This document shows positions 10,992-23,891 of a stretch of DNA of 64,000 nt, in pieces. Below the pieces are notes generated by a model that had not been told where the DNA came from, searched no databases, and saw nothing but the letters and a program-made list of their open reading frames with translations. The position numbers and the translations under genes were made by a program. The number at the start of each line of letters is the position of its first letter. The first letter of the stretch is position 1. This stretch comes from Microbotryum violaceum (taxonomy: Eukaryota): assembly GCA_001244265.2 (NCBI GenBank), contig CDLV01000011.1:248001-312000 (forward strand). The letters are read 5' to 3'.

Positions 10992-12088
10992 ATGTCCAAG
11001 GCTTCGCGTACGACCGCGGATAACCCCGAGCAACGACGACGGGACATTGAGAAGTACTCGGAGGCGATCTTCTACTCGGCGAGGTACTCGGGTAAGCTTG
11101 GAGGCTAGTAGTGGATGGCGCAGATCCCGATTCGGGTCGTGGTGTGTGGCGGAGGTTCGCGAATCGATCGAGGATTGTTGAACGAGCTCTCGCGGGGGGG
11201 CGCGCGCCATGCGAAGTCGACGCGTGCGACGATCAACATCGTGCAACAACCTCCTTTCTGTTCCTACAACCCGATGCAAACTTCAGCCGGCTGAGTTTCG
11301 GTCTACGGGTGCAGCGCGATCACTTCGTTGTTGATTCGTATGTGATCGGGCTTCGGCTTCGGTACAGCGCGCGGGCTCGCACACGACTTGGACGCGGGTC
11401 AGCTGAGGAAGGAGGCGGTGTAGGAACGTTTCCCACAGCCATCACTGTACTATTCCACCGTAATGGATGTGCGACCCCCGAGGAATTTTCTGGTCGACAG
11501 ACCGTCGACCCCATGAATTACTTTGGCTAGTGTTGACTCACCATCGCCGAGCTGAGCTGACTCTTCTTTTCCACTCTTCACACCTTCAACATACTCCGAC
11601 TCGTCTCCCGGATCTTCTCTTGAACAAACTTCGCCTGCCCGCCACCAGACGAGCAATACGAATACCGCCACGTGATCTTACCCAAAGCGCTGGTCAAATA
11701 CCTCCCGACCGATCGACTGGCCGAAGAGGACGAGTGGCGAGGGTTGGGCATCCGCCAAAGCCCGGGGTGGGAACATTACATGCGACATGGTCAGTGATCG
11801 ATGCTGGTGCTCATGAATTCGCTATGCCTCATGCCTCAAAGGATTCACGCCGATGGCTCATCGCGGCAAAGGATCCACGCCGATGCGAGTATTGGTAAAA
11901 ATAGGGGCTGATTCTTCCTCCACGACGGTCCCTCCACCCCCACAGCACCGGAACCGCATATCCTCCTGTTCAAGCGAGAAAAGGATTACCAGATCAAGTG
12001 AGTCAAACACCAGCGTTTACTAATCCTAATCGTAAGGAACGACGACGTACTCACCGTCCTTGTTCCATGTGATAGGTACCCCAATTAG
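10992..12088 (+). CDS. CKS1: Cyclin-dependent kinase regulatory subunit Cks1/Suc1
   Basis: Four exons (10992-11091, 11649-~11789, 11946-~11997, 12076-12088) splice to [21 protein letters not shown]...[30 protein letters not shown]. Missed by the ORF track. Confidence 0.95.
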
Positions 12089-12597
12089 ACACGTCGAGCT
12101 CGACTTCTGCCGCTCGACTCCATTCCCCCCCCCCCCCCTCCCTCTTCGATTCCTATCTCCCACCTACACACGCATTTTCGCATCTTGGAAGGCTTCACAC
12201 ATACACCACCTCCCGAACCATCGCACCACGAGATCCAATACAAACCAACGACCAGACCAGCAATGGAAATGGAAGAAAAATCAACGAAAAAAAAAAAAGT
12301 GGCGATATGATACGCCCACGCTACGCACGAATCGAACGCATCAAGCACGAAGAATCCTCAGGACGAGGAACAAGACAAGATACGAAGTAGGAAGCGTTTT
12401 ACAAGGACAAGAGAATTGACACCCACATATCTGTTTCGCATGTCGCAATTATTTGATTTTCAAATTTGAAAGGGAGTTTTAGAACATGAGCAGAGAGTGA
12501 GAAAAGTTGAATCGCTCGAATCGAATGTTAGAATTAGGCCACGACGTACATAAGCACTACCACTAATCAGAATACACGCCGTCAATCTCGGTACCGA

Positions 12598-14464
12598 TCA
12601 AATGATCGCCAACTTCCTCCCCCTAACGCCCCTCTTCACCCCTTCCCTCAAAGCCATCTGCCACCTCGAAACGGCCTCCGTTTCCTCGACCCCAATCAAA
12701 GCAACCCATCCGACCTGCCCCGGTTCGGACTCGTCATCAAAAACCGAAACAGAAGGTAACTTGGCTACCCTAATTTCCCCCCTCGTCCGACTCGATCTCA
12801 AAGCCTGAGCTGCCAACCGAGCCGTTTCGATTTCGGCACTGGGGGAAAGGTTTGGGATCCTTCGCCATCTCGTTAAAGGGAACGCGACGCGGAGGTTATG
12901 GAATCGATGAGAGAGGAAATAGGAAAGGAGGTAGAGGATGGGGTAGACGGTGAAGAGGGTGAGGATGAGTTTGATGTACCAAGGGGAAGAGAGGATACGG
13001 GAGATCCAGTTTTCGGGGCGGATGAGGATCTCGGTGGGACGCAGTTGGATGCTGATTTGGATCGTTCCGGTTGGGTGCAGGGGTTGGTATTCGGTTTGCA
13101 GAGTCGAGCGGATGCCCTGGGTGGTAGAAAAAAGGGTAAAGATGGTCAGAACTGCAGAGTATTCAAGGGTGGGAGCTCGTGGTCAGATGACTGACCGATT
13201 CCAACAGCTGCAGATTCCACCCAAACACCTCCTTCTCGACCCTCAACTCTTTCCACACGCTCCGGCACTGACAATACTGTTCCACCACCTCCCTCACCTG
13301 TTGTTCCCTCTCCTCCCTCTCCTGGATCAAAACATCATACGTAGGACTGGGGAGAGGTAAGCGACTGGAGTTGGTTAATCCGTATCCTACGCTCGCGTGG
13401 GCTTCGACGAGATCGACCCAATGACTTCGGAACATTAACGCGGGATTTTCAAGTTGATCGACGTTGGAACGTTCTTCATCGTCTTGTAGGTCCACCAGAG
13501 ACGCGGGATGGACGAACGAGGGCAGTCCGCTTTGAGCACGTTGTTGGAACTGACGCCAGAACGCATGCACCTGGCGCAAGGAGCTGCGCTTCCATTTCCC
13601 ATTCTTGCTCGGCCTAGGATGAATCGGGACGTTCGTCTCGTGCGTAGTTGCCGAGAGGGAAATAGGTTGCGTCGTCGATTCACGATCACCTCTTTGGAAG
13701 CTCGCGTCCAATTCCTCTCGACTCTTTTCGACCGTCCTCCAATTCCCACCCCTATAAGCAGGTTCCCAATCTCCAACATGGTACAATAACCCCTTTACTC
13801 CTCCTTCGCCTAGACCTTGTTCTACATATTCTGATGCATCGATGTAGAATTCGAAATCCTCCACCTCTTCCCGAACTTCGACTTCCTTTGTTTGGACTTT
13901 ACCATGATGATCTTGTTCGGTGCGACGTTCGACTCGCGCTTCGGTATGACTTCCTCTTAGATGAATCGTCAACGAAGGGGGTGACTCGGCATGTAATTTG
14001 AGGAACCTCGATAACGCCAAAGGGTTATGATTGAGTTTGGAGGAGTAGGTGGAGATGTTACCCTTTGAATCGATCGAATAAGGGAACTGACTGGCCAATT
14101 CTTCCGATTCGAAACTCGGAAGCGTCGATTCAAGTGGGGTAGGATTCGGACCCGACGGAGTTTGCGGTAAAAATCCATAATCGTCGATCGATCGACCGGA
14201 AGCTTGCGCTTCTTGAGCTAACTTCTTGCGTGCTTCAGGGTTGAGGGAGGAAAGAGGTTCGGGGGTATAGGTGCTGGAGGTCGATTGAGGGGTCAACGGG
14301 TTCGCGAAGGGGTTCATGGTCTGAGGGATCGAGCCTGAACCGGAGGCGGAGGACGAGGAGGGCATGCTATGGGGTGAGGGGGTGGAAGCGATTTGACTGT
14401 ACGAGGGCAATCCATCGAGGTCGGCGTCCGAGCCTGCACCGTTTTGAGGACGTGTAGGAGCCAT
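12598..14464 (-). CDS. Hypothetical fungal protein
   Basis: Long coding-like ORF (LPSY motif, LHAESPPSLTIHLRGSHTE, VEKEVFGWN) continued by spliced 3' exons to a stop at 12598. Start chosen after a CAG acceptor. Confidence 0.7.
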
Positions 14465-15738
14465 TTGGGCCTGCAAGGCGATTGTGATGATGAGCATCAG
14501 GATCGACAGTAAGATTTTGATGATTGAGCGTGACTGACCTTGGGATGGGAAGGATCGAGGATCGTCATGTTCGTAGACACGTGTCAAACGAGATTCATTC
14601 GACCCGAGTGGGAGCCAAGGGGAAGTTTCTGATCGATTCGCGATGGGTGCAGCGAAGCGGTCAAAGAGGGTGGCGAAGCTTGTCGGAGACCTGATTGGAA
14701 GGAGAGCCATCGAGATCAGTCTCCTCGATCAAATGGTCGTATGGATGTGATGACGTGTCACGTGAATTGATGAGGGCGGCCCGGGGCGGCCGTGTGCCTG
14801 CCGACCATGATTGCATGATTAGCACCGCCTCGACTCCCCGCCGGGAGCCCACCCGGATCATAGTCCAAAGTCGACCCCACTTGGGAAACGGAGGGGGATG
14901 GGACACTTGGGACGCTGGGCGGGAGTACTTGATTACATCGATGAGACTCACGAGAAGGTGTGAGAAAATCCGTTCACCGAGTTGGGGCCGTGAACGACTG
15001 GTAGCCCCAGCTTGGTCACGAGAAGGTAAGGTTCCGTAGACCGAAGCCGAGCGTACGGAGCAGGAGCAGACGATAGTCGTGAGAGAGTCAGAGCGGGGTG
15101 TCGAGGGAGTGACAGTGCTGCAGTGAGCGGGCAGCGATGCAACGCTCTGTCGATGATGCTACGTGGCAAAGGGATTAGTCAAATGATGAAAGTCTGAGAG
15201 GAAGCCCTCCACTCTGTCCAATCGCCAGTTACAGTTCACGCGTTCACGCTCGAGCTTGAGCGCTTGAGCGAAGCCGTTCGAGTCATTTTGGTGGGACAAA
15301 TCCCAGCGGACCGCCCGGCGACTGGACCTGTTCGCTGACCAACTTGGGGGTTACCGGAAACCTAATGTCGAGTAATGAAGCGCGGGATTCGCCGAATTCT
15401 TCCACACTTTGAACTCATCCCATTCGTGGTGGAAATTTCGAATAGGAGCCTAAGTAACCTGTACAACTTGAGCCTTTGCAATTCCAGGCTGGGATTGGGT
15501 GAATTTATTTCTTGTTGGAGGCATTTGTGTACTCCTTAGAAAATGAAAAGAGTTGTTTTGCCACCCGTACCCAGTCGCTGCCCACGTTGCGCAAACTCGG
15601 AGATACGCCTACTATTAGGCTCAAGCGACTACCAAAAGCCCGAGACTAAAACCCCCACGCCGGCCGAGCTCGTCGACCGGTGTTCTCTTCCTCATCCTAG
15701 CGCGCCCACCCCACCCCAACCCCCGAAAGCTCCAAGCC

Positions 15739-18495
15739 ATGTCAGGTCCGCCACCTACCTTACCTACTTGCAACCCCACCCCGACCGCCACACCCGCTCC
15801 GGCAACAGCATCAGCTAATACACCCGTGCCGCTGGTACCTCCACCCTTCGCACCACCGGCTTTCCTATTCGCTCCTGTACCACCACCTTGGACCGAGCAC
15901 AGAGGTCAGTGTAGCGGAAGTTGTTATAAATCAGATTGGAGGAGCCCAGCTGATCAAGAGTGCTGTGGTTGGGTGTTGGTTAGCTCCCGCGGGTCAACCG
16001 TATTGGTTCAACCCGATCACGAACGTCTCGACTTATGTTCGACCTTTACCACCTCAAGCTCAACTCTCCGCACCACCCGGTCTACCACCGATGATGAATC
16101 CACCCGCTTTACACTTTCCTTCCGCATCCACGTCCTCAGTTCCGATGAAGAAGGAGAAGGAGAAGAAGGAGAAACCCAAGACCAAGCTCGAGATTGAAGG
16201 AACGGACTGGATCGAAGTGACGACGAACCAAGGGAACGTGTTTTGGTCGAATAAGGCGACCAAGGAGAGTGTCTGGATTGTGCCGAAGGAGGTGAAGGAG
16301 CTGATGGCGAGGAAGGAGAGGGAAGAAAGGGCGGAGGGGGAGAGGGAGAGGGAAAGGGAAAGGGAGGCAGGGAGAAAGAGGAAGGCGGAGGAGGAGGGTG
16401 GGGCTGAGCAGACAGAGCAAGAAGCGGAGAAGAAGGAGGACTCTACTACGCAAAAGGAACATGCACCGACAACAACGAACGAGGTCCCATCAGCTCCAAC
16501 CAGCGCATCGGATAGCGTGGCTCCACCCAAGAAGAAGAAAAAGTCCAAAGTCGTTGTCGTGCACGACATTGAAGAGATGGAACAGGACGAGGATTGGCAG
16601 CGCCAGATCGCGGAGGAGATGGCGAGGGAAGTCGAGGAACAACAGAAGCAGCACGAACAGGAAGAACAGCAGCAGCAGCAGCCGGATCATGTGGGGAGGA
16701 GTGTCGGACGACCTCAGGCCGCTGCGGCGCCGCTCGGAGGGTTGGACGTCAGTGCAGAGGAAGGGATGGCGTTGTTCAAGGTGGGTTCTTTCGGGTTGAA
16801 CTTGGAAATGTTCGATACTGAAACGCTAGGATTCTTTCGGGTACAGGCCATGTTGGGCGAAAAGGAGATCAACCCCATGGCTCCCTGGGACATGGAACTG
16901 CCCAAATTTATTAATGACCCTCGCTACACTGGTCAGTCTCAACGCCATGTTTGCTCTTCCACCACGGATACTAACCGACTGTCTGTCATATAACCAACAC
17001 AGCCGTCAAACAACTCAAAGACAGAAGGGACCTGTTTGAAGAGTTCTGCAAGGAGAAACTACGCGAGATCCGCGCGGCCAAAGCCAAAGCCGCTGCCGAG
17101 GGATCATTATCCAAGCTGGATGTAAGTGCGGTATCCAATCAAGCGCGAAAGCGTTTTCACGGATTGACCTCGTTTTGACCTCCTTGCACAGCCTTTGACC
17201 TCTTATCGAGAGCTTCTCGAAACGGCCGTCACTTCGACCCGAACGCATTACTCTGATTTCAAGCGCCAGTACCACAAGGACCCTCGGTTTCGCAACTTTG
17301 GAAAGACCGAGGGGGAGAAGGAGAAATACTTCAAACAGTGGTTGCGCGATTTGGGGGAGAAGAAACGCGCGGATGCGAATAAGGCCGAGAAGGCGTTCAA
17401 GGAGATGTTGGGTGAGGATGCGACGATCAAGTCGAGTGATCAGTGGAGTGAAGTCAAGGCAAGGTTCGCGAGAGATGCGAGGTATGGAGGGGTTGTTTCC
17501 GCCTCGCAGAGGGAAGGGTTGTTCGAGGCGCATCGCAAGTTGTTGGGTCAAGGGTCGATCGAAGCGAGCTCATCGAAGGCTACGCCGGCTTCAACTTCGA
17601 CTTTGACGACGAAACCGACGTTGACGAAGGAAGAACGAGCGGCTCGAGCAGCTGCGAGTCTACGAGAAAGGGAGGAACAAGTTCGAGCTGAGAAGGAAAG
17701 GACGTCGAGGCAAGCCCGAGCGGCGAAAGGAAATCTAGGTCGGGAAGAAGGGGAACGCGAGTTTGGGACCTTGTTGGTGGATCAGGTTCGGGATCACAAC
17801 GCTCGATGGGAGCAAGTGGTTCCTTTCCTTTCGAAAGATACACGTTTTATCGATTCGCCACTTTCGATTCATGATCAAAGACGATTGTTCGATCTCCACC
17901 TCAAGACCTTGTACAGCAAGCGACTCGCGGTCGTCGAGGATTTATTCGCTCAACATGCTTCAACGATGATGACGCGATTCGAGACAATCCTTCCCAGCCT
18001 CGCCGACTCACCCCACGTCATTCGCCTCGTCGAAAAGGACTATGATCGTCTCGAACACCTCTACGAAGTCTGGCTCCGCAAATGGGCCGATCGAGCGCGG
18101 CGCGAATTCGACGAGTTGTTGAAAGAATCGGCGATTCTGGAGCACTGGGGTCGTTTGGCCAAGCATGAGGATTTGGACAAGGTCAAAGTGATGGGTGAGG
18201 AAGGGGCGGAGGATTCCGAGGATGAGGATGAGATGCCGAGTATCGTCGAGATGGCCAAGCAGGTCGATCTACCGGCGATTCAAAAAGTGCTACGCGTGAG
18301 TCGGGCCACTGCACGGTGCAAATGTTCGCATCAGTTCTTTGTGCACTGACCCGTGTTGGCATCATGTCTTGTTTCCCACAGCATGATAAAAGGTTTTTAG
18401 TGTTTGATCACGTGCCGGAGAAAAGGCAGCAGTGGCTCCAAGAGTATTTGGCGAATTTGTCGGCGCCGAAACAGACGGTGCATCAGAAGGAGTAA
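15739..18495 (+). CDS. TCERG1/CA150-like WW- and FF-domain transcription elongation/splicing factor
   Basis: Two WW domains (WTEHR..PYWFNPITNVSTYVRP; WIEVTTNQGNVFWSNKATKESVW) and multiple FF repeats (FKxML..PW..DPRY, FEEFC, DPRF, DARY, DKRF). Confidence 0.88.
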
Positions 18496-18756
18496 AGAGG
18501 GGTCGAAGCTTTTGTTTGTCTTGTCGAATGTTGGAAATCAAATGCATCTTCAGCTCACTGTTGTGTTGTGTAGATTTTCCGAGATGTAACGGTCACTGTG
18601 CGAGTGTTGGCCTTGGCTTCACTCCGGCTACCTCGGCGTGGCCGCGGCCGGCCGGGTCGTGACCTGTCGTGAAAGATCCGATCAGCCGCCGCCCCCACTC
18701 GACCGCGATGAGACTCTCTTCCTGGCTCAAACCGGCGCACCTTTCACCTCGCAGCG

Positions 18757-20190
18757 ATGCAGAAAGTTCCCCCCACTTCGGTTCGTCGATGCCGAACAGA
18801 CGGGTTAGTTATACACACTCCACTGCTCACCCTCACCTCTCACTGACGCTCTCCTTCACCTACGCGATCCAGCTTCGCGGCGTACGCGGTCAAATTTTCC
18901 CCCTTCTTCCCTCATCGACTCGCCGTAGCTGGATCAGCGAATTTCGGTCTAGTCGGGAATGGGAGGCTGAGTGTTCTCAATACGGGTGGGGCAGGGATGG
19001 GAGGGCCCGTGGGAGCTCATCGGGCGGGTAGTGGTGGAATGGCGATGGGCATGGGGATTGAGAAAGGGTCAGTCCCTCGAGACGGGGTTGCGACGTGGAA
19101 CTGATGCAAGTATTGGTTCGGGGGGTTATAGTTTTGATACGCAGGACGGGTTGTATGATTTGGCTTGGTCCGAGATGCACGAGAACCAGATCGTCACCGC
19201 CAGTGGGGATGGGTCGGTCAAGTTGTGGGATGTCGCATTGGATGTGCGTACAAGTCGTACACATACTATGCACCAACGTTATATTGCTGAACTTATTTTT
19301 TGGGGGTACTTAGGAGTTTCCCATTCGTAAATGGCACGAACACGCCCGAGAGGTCTTTTCGGTCGATTGGAACAATCTGCAAAAGGACTTGTTCTGCACC
19401 AGCAGTTGGGATTGTACAGTCAAGATTGTACGTCTAAACGGCGTGATCCGCTCGTAATACGGCTCTGCTGCTTCGGACCCCACTGACGTTTCGCACCGCT
19501 CCACAGTGGACACCTGATCGTCCCACTTCGATCGCCACGATTCCCGCTCACACCGCGTGCGTCTACGCCGCCGCTTTCGCCCCTCACCAACCCACCACCT
19601 TGGCCTCATGTTCAACCGACGGCCATCTCAAAGTATGGGACACTCGATCCCCCATGGCCGCGACACCCTCAACCGTACCTGGACAACCTTCCACCGCTCA
19701 AGCGCAAATCGCTGTTCCCGCGCATTCGACCGAAGTGCTTTCCCTCGATTGGAACAAGTATCAACCCCACTTGATCGCCACAGGATCCGTTGATCGAACG
19801 ATTCGAATTCACGATCTTCGGATGGCCGGACATGATCAGCGTTTACCGCCGAGTAATGTCCCCGTTAGGCAACCCACTTCAACGGTCGCCACCTTGTTGG
19901 GTCACGAATACGCCGTGAGGAGGGTCGCTTGGTCCCCTCATTCTCCGAACGTCCTAGGATCGACAAGTTACGATATGACTGCGAGGATTTGGACCATTGA
20001 CGCGGCGAATTTAAGAGCGGGAGGAGCTAATACGAGTTCGTTCGGGAGTGCGGGTATGGGCGGAGGTAGGATGATGAGGATCTATGATGGGCATACGGAG
20101 TTTGTGGTAGGGCAGAGTTGGAGCTTGTTCGAGGAGGGGTTGGCGGCGACTTGTTCGTGGGATCAGGAAGTGCATTTGTGGAATGCTTAA
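18757..20190 (+). CDS. PEX7: Peroxisomal targeting signal 2 receptor (WD40)
   Basis: Spliced [68 protein letters not shown]. Confidence 0.93.
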
Positions 20191-20914
20191 AATGGGTGGG
20201 GGGGGAGGGGAGGGGTGCCGAGGCGGTTGAAGGAAAAGTGATGGGCTTCTGTTTTTTGTTTTGGGTAATATTGTTGTAAGATTTGATTGAAAAACTAAGA
20301 GATATGTCTGCAGGACCTCGCCCGGAACAAGATAGGAACCTGAGCCGGGTCTGACAGAATTTTGTCACGAGCGCGCCGCGTTTCAGCTTGCTTCAGGGGT
20401 TGGCCGCGTTCCATCACCTCCGCCCAGGCCTAGACTTCAACACAGGCGGGTACGACCGACAACGACTTGGGACAGAAGACTGGATTGCTAGTGGTCAGTG
20501 ACTGGGGCTCGCTACTTCCTCGCGAAACACCGGCTCGTCGGAATGATTGAGGTCGACAAGCTGGCAAAGGATCACGTGGTGTGGGGCACCTGCACGAGGC
20601 TGGCTGGCGGGTTTGGCCACGGTCTACAGGCTCTCTGTCGGAGGCCTTCCCCGGAAGGGCTCATTTACGTCCGTGGATTGTGTTGTGATAGGAAAAGCTT
20701 ATTCTCACGAGGGATCATGCACCTGCACCACCCGAGTTCTACGGCCCGACCGCGTGCACGGGCCTCTGGGGTCGAGCAAGTCGCGTTAAGGTTGGGCATG
20801 CGCACTGACATCCTTGTTCCGTTCACACCTCTAGTCATACGAGAAGCCTTTCCGTACCACGGGCTGGACGCGGTTGAAAAAGGTCACGTCAAGACAAGCG
20901 AGTCTCACTCAAGC

Positions 20915-23443
20915 ATGACCGCTACAGCCTCCGGTCATCGTGGGTCCGTGCCGATCCAAGCTGCAGCTCAATCAGCGACGTTGGCCGATTTGACCGCCAC
21001 ATGTCGAAGAACAACGGGGACAAGACCACCACCACTCGTAAGTTACCTTTGTTGAGCTCAGAGAGTTGTAGCGATCTCTAGCCCAAGCGTGGAAGACGTA
21101 TTATCTTCCATCTCCCCTCAGGTCGGCTGCTCCATCACCCTGATCGATGACCACGCCTACGTCTTTGGAGGCCGCTTGGTCCCTAATCGAACCATGGTCG
21201 ATACGCTCTATTCCCTCTCCCTACGAACACTCGAATGGCAACTCCTCTGGCCTCCACACCGATCAACCGAAAACGGTATCGATTTCACCACCGAAAACCC
21301 CGATCCGAATTCACCCACCAAACTCAAAAACGTCGCCGACGTTTCGAATCCAGGACCTGCTCCTAGGTACTTTCATTCCGCCGAAGCGTGGGGAAAGAAA
21401 CTTGTTGTTGCGTTCGGTGAAGGGTATTCGTCCGTACCTGCCGATTCGGAAGCGGGTTCGAAAGACACTGGAGGATCAGGAGCCGAGGGGGATTCGAACG
21501 ATGGCTTTGGCGAGCTCTTCACTTTGGGCGATGTATGCATTTGGGACATCGAAAAGAAGGTGTGGGAGATGCCGGAGATCAAATGTGCACCAGGGGTAGA
21601 GGGTCCAGAAGCGAGGTATGCTCATCTGGCTTGTATCACCAGTGTTGGAGGGGGATCGAAGGAGACGGGAGGGGATAAGCAGGTGATGGTCATCATGGGC
21701 GGGCAGGATGTCAAGAATACCTGTGAGTCTGAGCGTTGAACTTGTCAGAAAGTCCTTGAAAATTGACCAGCTGTCCGAGCTCACAGATCTTCACTCGATG
21801 AGCGTGCTCGATTTGGGCTCGCTCACCTGGGTCCGGTCCAGTACGTGGGATCGACATATCGGAACGTATCGGGCCGTCGTGACGAGTGCTACGAAAGAGA
21901 TTCATCCTGTGACTGTGTTCTCCACTTCGATCAATGGTGCATCAGCGGTCTTGAACGAGGACGAGAAGCACGCTTCACAAAAGACCGTGACGGGCACTGA
22001 GGCATCGGACGAGCTGGCATTAGGCGGCGAATCGATGCGTCCATTGAGCTACTCGACAAACCCCGACCCTACCAAGCCCCAACCCCTACTCTTGTTCTCG
22101 AATTTCAACTTTGCCCAAGTGCGAAGGAATTTAGATCTACTCGTCGCGCCGACTGAAACCGACGAGTCGATTTCGGTGACCTCGCTCTCGAGCTTGATGG
22201 GCGGCACGTCGTTACCTCCGGGTCTACGTTTCCCTACGGGCAAGATCGTCGGTCACCACCTCCTCATCTTTGGCACGTTTCTCTCGCAAACCGTCAACAA
22301 CTTCTCCATCTGGTCTTTGGACCTCGGTCCCGGTGGAGCGAGTGGACTCGCAGCTCGTGCGGCTGCGCAAGAACCCTTGACTTGGTCTCGCATCGAACCA
22401 GGGAGTGTCTTGAGCACAGGGAGTTGGAACCGCGCACTGGTGTGGGGCAACAGCGTCGTCGTGATTGGGGATCGGGAACGAGACATCGCGATCGATTACG
22501 ACCATCGTCAAACGAACTTCGCGCACCTCGCGTTTGTCGACCTCGAAGCTTTTGGCGTGTATCAACCACCGCCGAGGGTCTTACCCCCTCTAGCTCAAGC
22601 ACTAGGTTTGATGACGCTTTCGCAACCCCATCTTTCAGACTTTGAACTACGTTGCAGTGACGGTGTTCGGCTGTGTTGTTCGCGCACGCTTCTCGTCGAT
22701 CGATGGCCTTGGTTCAAATCCCAACTCGACGACTTCAAGCTCCGCGCCAAGGGAATGATGGCAGCTCAACAACGTCGAGTCGATGCGGCACGTACTCTCA
22801 ATAGCCGTAGTAGTAACGGCGATTATTCGGACGATCCCACGAATCACAATCTCGGTGGCGGTGCGGAGGACGATACTTTACTCGTTCGAGCTTCCGAAAT
22901 TGCGTTATCATCAACGACGGAATTGAGGTTATCCCCTCGGACTTTGGACCTGCCCGAACCTTCGGTTGTGGTCCAAGCCTACCTGCAATACCTCTACAGC
23001 CTGAACCTGTCCACACCGCTCCAACTCGATCCGCCGGTCCTCTCCGCCCTGCTCATCTTTGCGAAAACGTACGATGATAAGGCGCTCAGGGCTTTGGTGA
23101 CGCATGCGTTGCATGAGGTTTTGGATCGGCACAAGGAAGGAGGGAAGAGTGGGATGGCGGCGTTGGTGTATGATGCGGCAACGTTGGGAGGTTGCATGGC
23201 GTTGCAGATTAGGGCGTTGAGGATCTTGATGGTCAGTCTTTCGGGGGAGCACTGCGGTCGGCATCGTGCATCAACAGGGCGTTCCCCTATCGTCGCATTG
23301 AACCCAATCTGATCATTACTTTTTGATTCCCTCGATAGTCTGGATCGAAATTCAACAAGAACCGTAACCCCGCCGGTCAAGGTTCTCATACGATGGTGCC
23401 TCCTACACCCCCTCCAAAACAGGCCCCTCCGACAGGAGCTTGA
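20915..23443 (+). CDS. Kelch-repeat plus BTB protein, Ral2/Mds3/Pmd1-like
   Basis: PPPLVGCSIT..YVFGGRL, PRYFHSA, ARYAHLA, PPGLRFP kelch motifs; C-terminal SDFELRCSDG..RWPWF BTB-like region. Confidence 0.82.
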
Positions 23444-23891
23444 TTCACCCCTGTCGATCCGGTAAACTCTTCTCGACCTGCCTTTTTCATAGGAGGAAGT
23501 GTTATGGTAGCACTGCAATATTTGATTTTTGTTTGGAGTTGTCGAGTTTCGGAATTCGCAGGAACGTGCTCGGTCTGATGGTTCCGCCCTCGCATTAATG
23601 GCCGAAAAATGCTGGAAAAAGTCATTGGGGTCAACGTGATGATTTGGTTCACCCATATTGTAGAGATCCGCTTTCATTACCGCCGCTGCCACCCCGCCCG
23701 ACCCAGCGCGGGGAGCGTGAGCCGAGGTGTTTGGGGTGCGAGCACCAGCCCGTGCCTTCGCCGGGCCGGGCGAAATCGGTTTTCGCGCTCGCTCGCGCTG
23801 GGTCGCTGGGGGGCTGCCTGCTGCTGGGTCCTTTCCCCCTCTGACCCACGCCCGCATCCTCCCCCGTTTCCCCCCTCACACGCGTTACAGG

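Noticed and set aside
11092-11648. snoRNA in the long CKS1 intron, or in the RPP2 5' UTR intron
   Set aside because: No convincing C/D or H/ACA box arrangement seen by eye.
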